IMG/VR virus record: IMGVR_UViG_3300035523_000133
Span: 695-64,694 of that record
Source: a virus
Direction: 5' to 3' (one strand)
Length of the DNA: 64,000 bases
Shown here: one piece after another, positions 1-8,846 of the stretch
Layout: every line of letters starts with the position of its first letter
Position numbering within the stretch: position 1 is the first letter of the stretch
Notes under the pieces: model-generated
Seen by the model: the letters and a program-made list of their open reading frames with translations, nothing else
What the model was told of the DNA's origin: nothing
The model's database searches: none
Made by a program: the position numbers and the translations under genes

Positions 1-1
1 G

Positions 2-223
2 TTGACCGACGAGTGGATTACGGTTAGCCAGGCGGCCGAAGTCAAGGGCGTGAGCGTCCAGGCGATCCACGGCGCCATTGGCCGAGGGGAACTCGTGGCC
101 ACCGGCACCACCCGTAAGCAGGTGTCAAAGCGGTCGCTCGATGCATGGAGCCCCGTTGCCATCCGTCAGAGGGCCGGGCAGGCTCGGGCCGACAGGGCCA
201 ACGAAACCAAAATCCAGGAGTAG
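2..223 (+). CDS. HTH DNA-binding protein (excisionase/MerR-like), possibly 5'-truncated
   Basis: WITVSQAAEVKGVSVQAIHGAIGRGEL matches the short HTH_17/Xis-like pattern; converges on a terminator. Confidence 0.65.
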   Translation: MTDEWITVSQAAEVKGVSVQAIHGAIGRGELVATGTTRKQVSKRSLDAWSPVAIRQRAGQARADRANETKIQE

Positions 224-306
224 GGTTCGATCACGCTGTATTGCCGCCGACATCATCGGGGACTGCTCTCCCTGGATGTCGGCGGCAACCTCCGTTTAGA
301 GACGCG

Positions 307-349
307 AAAAAGCCCCCAGTCCGCCCATGAGAGGGTAGACCGGGGGCTT
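307..349 (-). terminator. Intrinsic terminator ending the late/lysis transcript (possibly bidirectional)
   Basis: AAGCCCCC...GGGGGCTT stem with A5 on + strand (U-tract on -), between converging genes. Confidence 0.75.
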
Positions 350-353
350 CATC

Positions 354-1676
354 TTAGTCGCCAGTTTCGATGAGGTGGTCAAGCCACTTCGGATCGGTGA
401 GCCAGTCCGGATGCCGATGCCACCGTTTACGGAAGTACATCAGCGGCTCGATGCCGGTGCGGAAGTCGTCGAAGTACAACATGCTCTTCCTGGACGGATG
501 AAAAATTACCATGGGCATCCGTGTGTCGGGGAAGATGTTCCCAGCTGCGTCCCTGCTGTGGTCGTCGGAGACTTTCAGAGCTCCGCTTCGGCACCGCACC
601 TGGTCAACCTCACCATTACGGGAGAGCTCACCGTACTGGTGGTGCAGGTGAGCAAGAGCCGTCACGTCCGGGCCGTTGTGATCCACGGAAGCCCTCCGCT
701 GGTTGTTCCCCTTGTTCACCGCACCGGCGCCCGGGTACCGATGCCAGGCGGCAATGCGATACAGCACTTGACCAACTGTGAGGTGAATTTCGCCGCCGCG
801 ACCGAGGAAGGGAATCTTCAACCGAGCCGCCAGTTCTTGCACAAAGTTCGCGTAGATCCCGGTAAAGCCGTCATGGTTGCCCAGGAGCAAGGCAATCAGC
901 GATTCCCGCAGTTCGGACTCGATCAGGTCACGGCAGGCGGCAATCTGCATGTCCGGAGGCATGACGTGCTCCTGTACGCCGATGGCCGCCAGCTTGCCCA
1001 GGAACAACTCGCCGTAGTCGCCCATGCCAATCACGCCATTGCCCTTGAGCCGCCGCCAGAGGTAAAAGTACTCCTTGAGCAGCCGGTGGTCGGTACCGCG
1101 CCCGCCGATATGCCAGTCGCCGCTGAACGTCGTAGCGTAGGGCGGCAACTCCGGGATGACCACAGGCACCGTCGTTTGGGTGGTGTCCTGGTCGTGCATG
1201 ACGCTTTGCGCCTGAATGATGGCGTCCAGGTAGCCGCTGGCCCATCCGGGCGCCGGCTTGGTCTTCAGGTCTGGAAATTGGACGGCGGGGACAGCGGGCT
1301 GAGCACTCGCTGTCGCTACCGATACCGGAAAGTCGTCAACGGTCACCCCTGGAATTGCGGGGCGGGGACCGGCGGGGGCTTCGTTCGTGGCCATCACATC
1401 GCGCACGGCGGCGGGCAGCGTCGGCCATTCAACGGAGGCGGCCAGGCCGTCAATGCCGCCGCTTTTGCGCAGGTCGAGGTATCGATCCTTGCACCGCTTT
1501 GGGGTCCAGGCGCCGCCGGGCTGTACCCAGTCGCAGAGGAGGGCCACAAAGGGCCACTTCATTGGAGTGCCGCCGTTTTGTTGATAATGGGGGTTCACGG
1601 CGTTCTCAGCATCAACGGCGGCAGAGACTTTCGCCAGCAAGGCCGGGCTCCAAGTTTGGTTAGCCACGGCCACCAC
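354..1676 (-). CDS. Calcineurin-like metallophosphoesterase with N-terminal Myb/SANT-like segment
   Basis: GDWH, GMGDYGE, LLGNHD, WH and AHLH metal motifs; N-terminal W...W...TPKRCKDRYLDL. Confidence 0.8.
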   Translation of the reverse strand: MVAVANQTWSPALLAKVSAAVDAENAVNPHYQQNGGTPMKWPFVALLCDWVQPGGAWTPKRCKDRYLDLRKSGGIDGLAASVEWPTLPAAVRDVMATNEAPAGPRPAIPGVTVDDFPVSVATASAQPAVPAVQFPDLKTKPAPGWASGYLDAIIQAQSVMHDQDTTQTTVPVVIPELPPYATTFSGDWHIGGRGTDHRLLKEYFYLWRRLKGNGVIGMGDYGELFLGKLAAIGVQEHVMPPDMQIAACRDLIESELRESLIALLLGNHDGFTGIYANFVQELAARLKIPFLGRGGEIHLTVGQVLYRIAAWHRYPGAGAVNKGNNQRRASVDHNGPDVTALAHLHHQYGELSRNGEVDQVRCRSGALKVSDDHSRDAAGNIFPDTRMPMVIFHPSRKSMLYFDDFRTGIEPLMYFRKRWHRHPDWLTDPKWLDHLIETGD

Positions 1677-1696
1677 CCCCTTTCATGGGGAGAGCA

Positions 1697-2047
1697 TCAA
1701 GCCTGCGGGGGTGCCGGAACGTTACTGCCGATTGCCACAAAGAGCCGCTTGGCCTTCTGCCGCCAATCCTTCGCCAGGTAACCAGAAACCAGCAATGCGG
1801 CGCCCAGGTATTCAGCCTGCAGGTCGGGTACGTACTTCACCAGCACCGCGCCGGCCAGGAGGGCGGCGGTGGCCGGGAGAACGTTGGTGATGGCGAACTG
1901 AGGCAACCTCTTCCAGGAGAACGGTTCGCCCAGTTTGCCCAGGAGCGCCAGAGCAACGGTCAGGCCACAGTCCACGCCGGCGGCAATGAGCACACCGGTG
2001 AGTGCCAGCCAAAGGTCAGAGCCGAACCAGGTCACGATAGCAGTCAT
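1697..2047 (-). CDS. Holin-like membrane protein
   Basis: 116 aa, 3-4 hydrophobic segments, basic C-terminus, strong SD, in lysis region. Confidence 0.6.
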   Translation of the reverse strand: MTAIVTWFGSDLWLALTGVLIAAGVDCGLTVALALLGKLGEPFSWKRLPQFAITNVLPATAALLAGAVLVKYVPDLQAEYLGAALLVSGYLAKDWRQKAKRLFVAIGSNVPAPPQA

Positions 2048-2067
2048 TCAGGATTACCTCCTCATAG

Positions 2068-2091
2068 AAAAGGGGCGCCATAGGGGCGCCC
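2068..2091 (-). terminator. Intrinsic terminator just upstream of holin-like gene
   Basis: GGGCGCC-CCTAT-GGCGCCC, then CTTTT on - strand. Confidence 0.55.
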
Positions 2092-2198
2092 GTCGATGTA
2101 GGGTTTTTGGGGGGATACCGGAGTAGCGGACATGTCGGAAAAAGCCCTCTGCGGGGTTTGCAGTGCGTCACCCTTGGAATCCTTGCGGCACAGTGCTT

Positions 2199-2768
2199 TC
2201 AGGCGTGCCCTTCCCAATTTGGGATGTCCAACACCCTTTCGCCCCGGCGTCGGGCTTCCCAGAGCGCCGTTGTTTTCCGCTCTTGCAGTTCCTCGCGACT
2301 GATAACGGCGAGGGGCAACTCCGGATGCCGGTTCTTCATCAGCGTAAGGGCGCGTTTGCTCCTCGCGTCCATGCACCCCTTGGTTTCCCATAGCGAGTAG
2401 CGACCTTCGTCCCACAGGTGGAAGTCGGGTTTATAGAATACTGTCGCGCCCTTCTTGGCGGTGAGCTTGAACTCCGCACCCTCGTAGCGGTACCAGCGGC
2501 CTTCTGCCGGCGGGGCGTCGCTTTGGATCCACGACTGATACCCGAGGAATCGAAGAAGGCGTTCGGCGTCCGCTTCGAGGGCAGAGCGCAGGTAGTGCCC
2601 GAGGCCGGCGCGTTTGCCCGCCTTGGCGTGGAACTTGCCGCCTTTGGCCGGTGCTTTCGACTCCAGCCACTTCCGAAACTCCGCCGCCGAAGTGTGGCCG
2701 GTGTGCGCCCATTCCGCCGGCGCGGCCAGTCCCATAGGATGCTCGATGCGGGCGGACATGGGCACCAC
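2199..2768 (-). CDS. PD-(D/E)XK endonuclease (DUF1064 / endonuclease I-like)
   Basis: YKPDFHL...WETKG motif. Confidence 0.7.
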   Translation of the reverse strand: MVPMSARIEHPMGLAAPAEWAHTGHTSAAEFRKWLESKAPAKGGKFHAKAGKRAGLGHYLRSALEADAERLLRFLGYQSWIQSDAPPAEGRWYRYEGAEFKLTAKKGATVFYKPDFHLWDEGRYSLWETKGCMDARSKRALTLMKNRHPELPLAVISREELQERKTTALWEARRRGERVLDIPNWEGHA

Positions 2769-2782
2769 CTCCTAGCCGTAGG

Positions 2783-3484
2783 TCAAGGGCGCGTGTCCAG
2801 GGTCTGAACGGGCGTTACGGGTGGGACCCGGCGAATGAACGCTACCCAGTAGCCGCCATAGAGAGTCAGTAGGTCCGCTGCTTTGATCCAGTACTCGCCT
2901 TTGGCTGAGCAACTAACGCGCACGCGAACAACCGGCTGAAAACGCCCCGGTTCGGGCTCCTCCCATGTCTGCTTTGCTCCAGTCAGTAGCACCCAGTGGT
3001 TTGTGCCTTCGAAGTGGCGCTCACCGTCCGGGCGCACTTGGTAGGGGCCGAGCCCGCTATTGTGGATTGTGGTCATTCCGACGTAGCCAGCCCGCAGATA
3101 TACTCGCAACCTTTTGACCCACTGCTCTTCCAAATTCCAAGGCGCCATGGCGTAAGGGTTGTGTAGATTCTGCTGCCACTCTGACATGTCAGGGGCTACG
3201 GGGTCGATTTCGACGGGCTCAATCAATCGGCGGACATGCAACCACGGACCGGCCTGAAAGAGCAAGTCTCCCCAAGAGACGGGGTGCGGCTCGGGCTTTT
3301 TACCATCCGGGTACAGTCGCAGAGAATGCTCGTACAGTTCGGGGAACGATGACTCGCCCCACCCGATGATTCCAGCCAGACAGCACGCACCGCAGTCGCC
3401 ATACTTGACGAACGCTGGTGACGGTTGCCGCAAGGTCTGAATAGGCACCTCCACGCTCCAGTCAAAACGGTTGAGTTCCGTCAC
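2783..3484 (-). CDS. Papain-fold peptidase C39-like protein
   Basis: Q...GDCGACCLA nucleophile motif and NHWVLLTG His motif. Confidence 0.65.
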   Translation of the reverse strand: MTELNRFDWSVEVPIQTLRQPSPAFVKYGDCGACCLAGIIGWGESSFPELYEHSLRLYPDGKKPEPHPVSWGDLLFQAGPWLHVRRLIEPVEIDPVAPDMSEWQQNLHNPYAMAPWNLEEQWVKRLRVYLRAGYVGMTTIHNSGLGPYQVRPDGERHFEGTNHWVLLTGAKQTWEEPEPGRFQPVVRVRVSCSAKGEYWIKAADLLTLYGGYWVAFIRRVPPVTPVQTLDTRP

Positions 3485-3518
3485 CGCTCACCTCTCCTTC
3501 CCTCGCTCCCGCGTGGCG

Positions 3519-4319
3519 TCAGTCATGGACCCAGTACTCCACCAGGCCCACCGCGGCGGTGCCGAACCCATCTACAAGGTACCCGTCGTCAAAGTTCCGG
3601 GCCCCGGCCTGCGCGATCGGAACCCCCTTGGCGGTCATGGCGCCGGGCCGAACCATGGCAACGTGCCCGATGTCCCCCGGGCGGTACCAGACGACGACGG
3701 CAGGCTGTCCCGCATTCGCGGCCGCAAGAGCGGGCCCGCTCAAAACCTTGCGCCAGCCCGCGGGCGCCCCGTAGTTGCGGAGCCAGTTGATTGTAACGTT
3801 GGCGTCCATCTCCCAGGCGTCCGCATCGCCGGGCCTTGCCGGTGAGCCAACCCCTGTCACCCAATGCGGGATTTCGGCGCCCAGAGCCCGAGAGCACCAC
3901 CACACAAAGACGTTGCAGTAGGTGTTGCCTTCGCGCGGCAGCAGGGCCGGGTTCTGCGCCACGCGGAACTGCTGGATGACGAGGTTCAGCAGGTCCGGCC
4001 ACCGGTCTTCGGGCTGAGAGATAATCGCCGGGGTTGCCATGTGCCAGGGCTGAACGTCCGCGCCTACCGGGGCGTCAGGGAGTGCAGGCAAGGGAAGACC
4101 GACGTAGAACACATGCTCAGGCGGTGGTGCGTACCGGGTGCGGAGGTGGGCGACTTCGCAGAACTTGCGGACGGCCACCTTGCCCCACTGAACGCCCCGA
4201 GTCGGCACACCAAGGGCCTGCAGAAACGCCCCGGTGTCCACAAACGCGGTCTCCACGCCAGCTACCGGCACCACATCCGCGCTCAAGGCGGTTCCGTTGA
4301 CAACAACACGCATCTTCAT
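3519..4319 (-). CDS. Endolysin: Cu-amine-oxidase-N-like domain + CHAP/NlpC-like Cys-His hydrolase
   Basis: TYCNVFV and GHVAMV...IAQAG; start moved to ATG 4319 (ATGA overlap with upstream gene). Confidence 0.7.
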   Translation of the reverse strand: MKMRVVVNGTALSADVVPVAGVETAFVDTGAFLQALGVPTRGVQWGKVAVRKFCEVAHLRTRYAPPPEHVFYVGLPLPALPDAPVGADVQPWHMATPAIISQPEDRWPDLLNLVIQQFRVAQNPALLPREGNTYCNVFVWWCSRALGAEIPHWVTGVGSPARPGDADAWEMDANVTINWLRNYGAPAGWRKVLSGPALAAANAGQPAVVVWYRPGDIGHVAMVRPGAMTAKGVPIAQAGARNFDDGYLVDGFGTAAVGLVEYWVHD

Positions 4320-4765
4320 GGGGTAGCCGCACCTCCTCCTGAAGTCAGATAGGCCACGATGCGGGGCCACAGGGCGTGTACGCCGCCCCCGCCCAGCGCG
4401 AGTACCAGTAAGCCACCGATAAGTTTGACGATGCCCTCGGCGCTCTGCAGAGACTCCCGAAACGCCTTGAGGCTGAACCCGGATCGGGGCTTCAGCGTGG
4501 CGACGTGTTCCTTGAGCGCCTGCAACGTGGCGCCCTGCGCGGCCAGTTCGACGGCGGTATGTTCCTGGGTCTGGGCCAAATGTTGCAGGGCCTCACTGAA
4601 CTCGCCCATGCGGATTGTGCTGTCCTCTTGCCCTTTGATCAACCGACCAAGTTGGTTCGACATGCCGAGTAGCACCCCCATGTCGACAGCCATGACCGCA
4701 CCGGGCGCCGCTGGGTAGCCGGGAACCGAATCCGGTGCTCTCGTCTGCGGTGGTGCCGTTTGCAC
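4316..4765 (-). CDS. Coiled-coil protein with C-terminal TM (XhlA/holin-like)
   Basis: Heptad-like middle, one C-terminal hydrophobic helix, directly before endolysin. Confidence 0.55.
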   Translation of the reverse strand: MQTAPPQTRAPDSVPGYPAAPGAVMAVDMGVLLGMSNQLGRLIKGQEDSTIRMGEFSEALQHLAQTQEHTAVELAAQGATLQALKEHVATLKPRSGFSLKAFRESLQSAEGIVKLIGGLLVLALGGGGVHALWPRIVAYLTSGGGAATP

Positions 4766-4909
4766 CGACCATCACCTCCGATACGTTTCTGCAGGAACAT
4801 TTCGGTATGCGCAGAAACATTGGACCCGCGGTGCCATGTTCAATCTGCCAAGACGCGAGCATGGCAAGGGGCGGCTGCCGCCTCCGACAGTCGCCCCACC
4901 GCACAAGTT

Positions 4910-4932
4910 AACCCCGCCAGATGGGCGGGGTT
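4910..4932. terminator. Hairpin/terminator after subtilase
   Basis: AACCCCGCC-AGATG-GGCGGGGTT; better U-tract on + strand. Confidence 0.5.
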
Positions 4933-4954
4933 GTTTGCTACTCCGGGTCCGGCC

Positions 4955-6130
4955 TTACTTGTTGTCCGTGGGTCCCATGTCCAACACATCAATAGTGGCC
5001 ATGCCCTTTTGCGCGGTCGGGTCCCATTCGACCTGTGCGGCCCCCAGGACGTTAGACAGGCCCCGGAACTCTGCCACGAAGCGGCCGGGGTCCTCGATGT
5101 GGGCGGGCACGTCTACCTGATAAGTATCGGTGGTCATGCCTGCCCGATTGCCGTGCTCGATGGTGATGGTTGCAGAATCCTTGGTCAGGGCCACCCGGCG
5201 GCGCTGGACCAGCGGGGCGGCGTCAATCTCACCCACACCGGCGAGGATGTCGCGGCCGGCCGCGCTGATGTCCCGGGTGTGCCACAGGCACAGGGAGACC
5301 GCTTCGGGCTCAGTTGGGTAACGCCCGGTCTGGAGAAACCAGGCTTCATAGAGGCAAGCGGCCAAAGCCACCTGCATGGGCGCGGCCATGGACGTACCAC
5401 TCATGTACACGTAGCCGCCACCCGGTGCGCAGGAGTAGACGTCGGTGCCCGGTGCGCAGGTGTCCACTTCGGGACCCGCCGCGGAGTAGGTGGCAATCAC
5501 ATCGCCCATGCCGGGGTAGAGGTTCGGCACCATCTGGAACGTGCTTGCCACGGCCAGCGGGCTCTGCCATTTGGCGGGGTAGATAACCGTATCCAGAGTC
5601 AACACCTGATGACCGTCATTTCCGGCCGCCGCCACGAACAGAATGCCTGCCGCTACGGCGTCATCGACGGCGGACTTCAACACACCGTCCGTAGGTTGCG
5701 CCGGGTCGCCCCATGATGCGTTGATGATGTGCACACCCAGGTCGATGCAGCGCCGGATAGCTGCAGCCAGCCATGCGTCCTCGCCGTATCCGTCGTCGCT
5801 GATACCCTTCAGGATGATCAGGTCGCAGCCGGGCGCGCCCTGACGGATGATGCCTGAAACATGGGTACCGTGCCCAAAGTGGTCGTGCACGTCGGACGCC
5901 GGAAACCCGGGCGTAAGGTTTTCGCCCTGCCGAATGGCGGAAGCCAGATATGGATGAGTGACATCGCACCCGGTGTCGATGATCGCGACCCTCACGCCTT
6001 TGCCGGTGATACCGGCCTGATGAAACGCGGCCAGACGCCGCTCTCGGACCCAGCGACCGAAATCCGTGGACACCGGTGTTACATCGGCGGGGGTAATGAC
6101 TGCTGCGGTACCGGTTGGCACATAAGGCAT
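4955..6130 (-). CDS. Subtilisin-like S8 serine protease with C-terminal Cu-amine-oxidase-N-like domain
   Basis: Catalytic set intact: IIDTG, HGHGTHVSG, AAGND, GTSMAAP. Confidence 0.92.
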   Translation of the reverse strand: MPYVPTGTAAVITPADVTPVSTDFGRWVRERRLAAFHQAGITGKGVRVAIIDTGCDVTHPYLASAIRQGENLTPGFPASDVHDHFGHGTHVSGIIRQGAPGCDLIILKGISDDGYGEDAWLAAAIRRCIDLGVHIINASWGDPAQPTDGVLKSAVDDAVAAGILFVAAAGNDGHQVLTLDTVIYPAKWQSPLAVASTFQMVPNLYPGMGDVIATYSAAGPEVDTCAPGTDVYSCAPGGGYVYMSGTSMAAPMQVALAACLYEAWFLQTGRYPTEPEAVSLCLWHTRDISAAGRDILAGVGEIDAAPLVQRRRVALTKDSATITIEHGNRAGMTTDTYQVDVPAHIEDPGRFVAEFRGLSNVLGAAQVEWDPTAQKGMATIDVLDMGPTDNK

Positions 6131-6156
6131 CTCCTTGTCCTCCTCCTCTCTAATAC

Positions 6157-6185
6157 AAAGGGACGCCCCGTTTAGGAGGCGCCCT
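6157..6185 (-). terminator. Intrinsic terminator between tail and lysis genes
   Basis: AGGGCGCC...GGCGTCCCT followed by TTG on - strand. Confidence 0.5.
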
Positions 6186-6232
6186 ACGATGTGATGGTGA
6201 TGTGCTTCCCGCCACCCGGGCGGGGCCGCTCC

Positions 6233-6637
6233 TTACAGCAACTGCAGGAGAGCCGCGTTTAGGACCTCCTGATCCACCACCGCCGCAATCATCTGTGCGA
6301 TGTGCTCTTCTGCTCGCTGCTGAGCAGTCGCCGTGTCCATGGCCATCAGCCCACTTTGATTCGGGTCATGCGGTTGAACTATCTGCAACATGCCGTCCAC
6401 CCGAATGCAAAACACTTCGCCCCCGGCGGGAAGGTCGCCCCTCTGCAGCCAGTATTCAGGCGGTTGGCCAGCAAGCGGACTGACCTGGTCCCAAATCTCA
6501 GCTTGATACCGGCCAAGTTCAGTTGCTTCCTTTGCAGCTCGATCAATGCCGCTCAGAACCGTTTGCACCTGAGCAAGGGTCGCCACACTACCAAGCGACC
6601 GTGCCCGTTCATAAATCTGCAAGGCTGTAAGGGCCAA
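6233..6637 (-). CDS. Hypothetical tail-associated protein
   Basis: 134 aa, TTG start coupled to Kelch stop. Confidence 0.6.
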   Translation of the reverse strand: MALTALQIYERARSLGSVATLAQVQTVLSGIDRAAKEATELGRYQAEIWDQVSPLAGQPPEYWLQRGDLPAGGEVFCIRVDGMLQIVQPHDPNQSGLMAMDTATAQQRAEEHIAQMIAAVVDQEVLNAALLQLL

Positions 6638-6638
6638 C

Positions 6639-7622
6639 TCAATAACCCCCTGTCAAGATTAGGTCACGCAGAGCTGTGTAACTCGAATCGGGACTGGCTT
6701 GGTACCTGTAGGCTGTGTTGTGGTAGGTCGCGCCACCAGGCCCCCAGTAACCACCGATCTCGTAACATATATGATCTTTTACCGCCACGGCATATTCCTG
6801 GCGAGTCGTAGATGCGCCCTTGTCTATCCACCTGTTCTGAAGCGCAGAGTACTCATAGACATGCTGAGACGAGGGGCCACCAAGAGTGAGAATACGATCC
6901 ATAGCTGAGTCAGGAACGACAGCGCCCAATTTGTAGTCCCCAGCTAAGGCGGTTGCCTTGGTAGACCAACTGTTAGCTACAGGGTCGTAGGCATACATAG
7001 CATTGAGCACACTAGAGTTGTAATCTAAACCGCATATGAAGTAGCCAATACCTCTGTATACGGCTGTGGCAGCATCTCTGAGGTAGTATCCATTTCCGTA
7101 CGGAACAGACGCCTTAGTACTCCAGGTATTAGAACCCGGTGTATACGCCTGCGTAGCAAGGTAGGTCGAAGTTGATGCTACCCCGCTTGGTACGTAGAGA
7201 GAAGCACCAATAGCAAACGCCTGATTTTGGATATTCGCCACGGGGGTAAGCATGGTAGCTTTCGTGGTCCAGCTATTTGCTACAGGATCATACTCATAAA
7301 TTCTGGAGGAAGTACCGTCAGGCGAGTTAAGGCCACCCATGTAGTAGGCTTTTCCCGATACTACAGCAGATCCTCCTCCATAGGTAGCTATGGGCAAATC
7401 GGCCTTTGCCGTCCAGGTGCCTGTAGTGGGGTCATACGCCTGTACACTTGTTAGGCGATTTCCGACGCTATCAAGGCCCGCAGCTACGTAGATCAGACCG
7501 TTCAGTTCAAACCCTGCGCACTGATACCTGGGGTACGCGAATGTAGCCGTAGGACTCAGGTAAGAAAGAACTAACTCAATCCACTTGCTGATGGCCATCA
7601 CATAAGCCTTTAGCAGGCTCAT
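6639..7622 (-). CDS. Kelch-repeat beta-propeller protein, candidate receptor-binding/tail-tip protein
   Basis: About six repeats of GG...Y/E-YDP...W; AT-richer than flanks. Confidence 0.85.
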   Translation of the reverse strand: MSLLKAYVMAISKWIELVLSYLSPTATFAYPRYQCAGFELNGLIYVAAGLDSVGNRLTSVQAYDPTTGTWTAKADLPIATYGGGSAVVSGKAYYMGGLNSPDGTSSRIYEYDPVANSWTTKATMLTPVANIQNQAFAIGASLYVPSGVASTSTYLATQAYTPGSNTWSTKASVPYGNGYYLRDAATAVYRGIGYFICGLDYNSSVLNAMYAYDPVANSWSTKATALAGDYKLGAVVPDSAMDRILTLGGPSSQHVYEYSALQNRWIDKGASTTRQEYAVAVKDHICYEIGGYWGPGGATYHNTAYRYQASPDSSYTALRDLILTGGY

Positions 7623-7625
7623 GGG

Positions 7626-7964
7626 TTAAGTCACCTCCAGGCCGCCGAGAGCGATTGTGATGCCGGTCGCAGAACCCTTTGCCCGGAGGATTTCGTTGGG
7701 CTCCAGAACGATCTTCAGCGGAAACGTGTAAGGCAGGCCGGGAACGTCCAGGCTGTAGTTGTACATGTAGGCGTTACCCGCCGCCTCTGCCCCCGCTGCA
7801 CAGAGGTGGATATAGCCAGTCAGCGCGGCAGCAGTTGTGTTGCACAGTGTTACGGATAGAACCTCTGCGTACACAAGGCCCGCGGCGTTCGCCGTATACA
7901 CGGTCCCGTAGACGTTATTCCCCAGGGCCACCGGCCCGGCGAGCCGCTTCGGACGTGCTCCCAT
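7626..7964 (-). CDS. Small beta-rich virion protein
   Basis: 112 aa in tail-fibre region, SD present. Confidence 0.6.
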   Translation of the reverse strand: MGARPKRLAGPVALGNNVYGTVYTANAAGLVYAEVLSVTLCNTTAAALTGYIHLCAAGAEAAGNAYMYNYSLDVPGLPYTFPLKIVLEPNEILRAKGSATGITIALGGLEVT

Positions 7965-7976
7965 AGTTGATCCCTC

Positions 7977-8846
7977 CTATCCAAATAGCATGGCGGCCAC
8001 CGGGTCCAGGTAAGCAGGGGTGCCGGGCTGTCCCCATGTTCCAGGTGTACCAGCCACCGAGCAAACCCAAATGGCGGCGGTCTGGTCAATCACGAAGTCA
8101 CCGACTGCAAAAGTACCGCTGACAGGGGGACCGGCAACGGTAGCGCCCACGTATCTGGAAGCCGCTGTCGCACCAGTGAGGCCGGTGGCAGAGAGCGAAG
8201 GCGCTGTTACGTTCTGGTAGAACGTCGGGAGACCCGTATCGTCGGCTATCTGAAGCACATTGACCCAATTGGGCACGCCTGCTGCGTTGGTGTTAACCTG
8301 CAAGAACAGAGCGCCGTTAGAGTCCTGCGCCCAACGATGTTCCGGTACATTGGTGTTATAGACGGTAACCGGAACGTAGTTGCCAGGGCTGGGGGGTGTG
8401 GCGTTTGTGTTCATGACCGGCAGCGTGAATCCTACCAGCCGTTTATCCACCGTACTGGTGACGGAACTGGCCCCAGCCACTGCCGTACCGATGAGCAGAC
8501 TATTGGCCGGAGGCGTCCCGGTCGTGTTTGCTGTGAACCCTGCCGTGGTGACGTGGCTACTGCCGTCCAAGGTCAGCACCAGGTAAATGTAATTGGTATT
8601 GCTGGCGGTACACACGACGTTGGTTGATGCGTCGATGGTCACCCAATAGCCCTGTAGCATGGCCTGACCCAGCGGGACTGCGATGGTCAGTGAGGCACTG
8701 GTAGCAGGCAGCAAAAAACCGCTGATCACAAAATCAGCGGCGGCGATTGCTTTTAGCCACGATGTTGCATTAGCTTCTTTCCAGGTGATGCCGTCTCCGG
8801 CCGATCCGGCCACATCGTTCGCGCTAGGGAAAATCTTGACCGCCAT
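7977..8846 (-). CDS. Tail fibre-like protein
   Basis: Thr/Ala/Gly-rich beta protein; TGATG coupling with upstream gene. Confidence 0.65.
   Translation of the reverse strand: MAVKIFPSANDVAGSAGDGITWKEANATSWLKAIAAADFVISGFLLPATSASLTIAVPLGQAMLQGYWVTIDASTNVVCTASNTNYIYLVLTLDGSSHVTTAGFTANTTGTPPANSLLIGTAVAGASSVTSTVDKRLVGFTLPVMNTNATPPSPGNYVPVTVYNTNVPEHRWAQDSNGALFLQVNTNAAGVPNWVNVLQIADDTGLPTFYQNVTAPSLSATGLTGATAASRYVGATVAGPPVSGTFAVGDFVIDQTAAIWVCSVAGTPGTWGQPGTPAYLDPVAAMLFG

Noticed and set aside
6639-7622. Diversity-generating-retroelement target in the Kelch/tail genes
   Set aside because: No reverse transcriptase and no template/variable repeat pair found in the window
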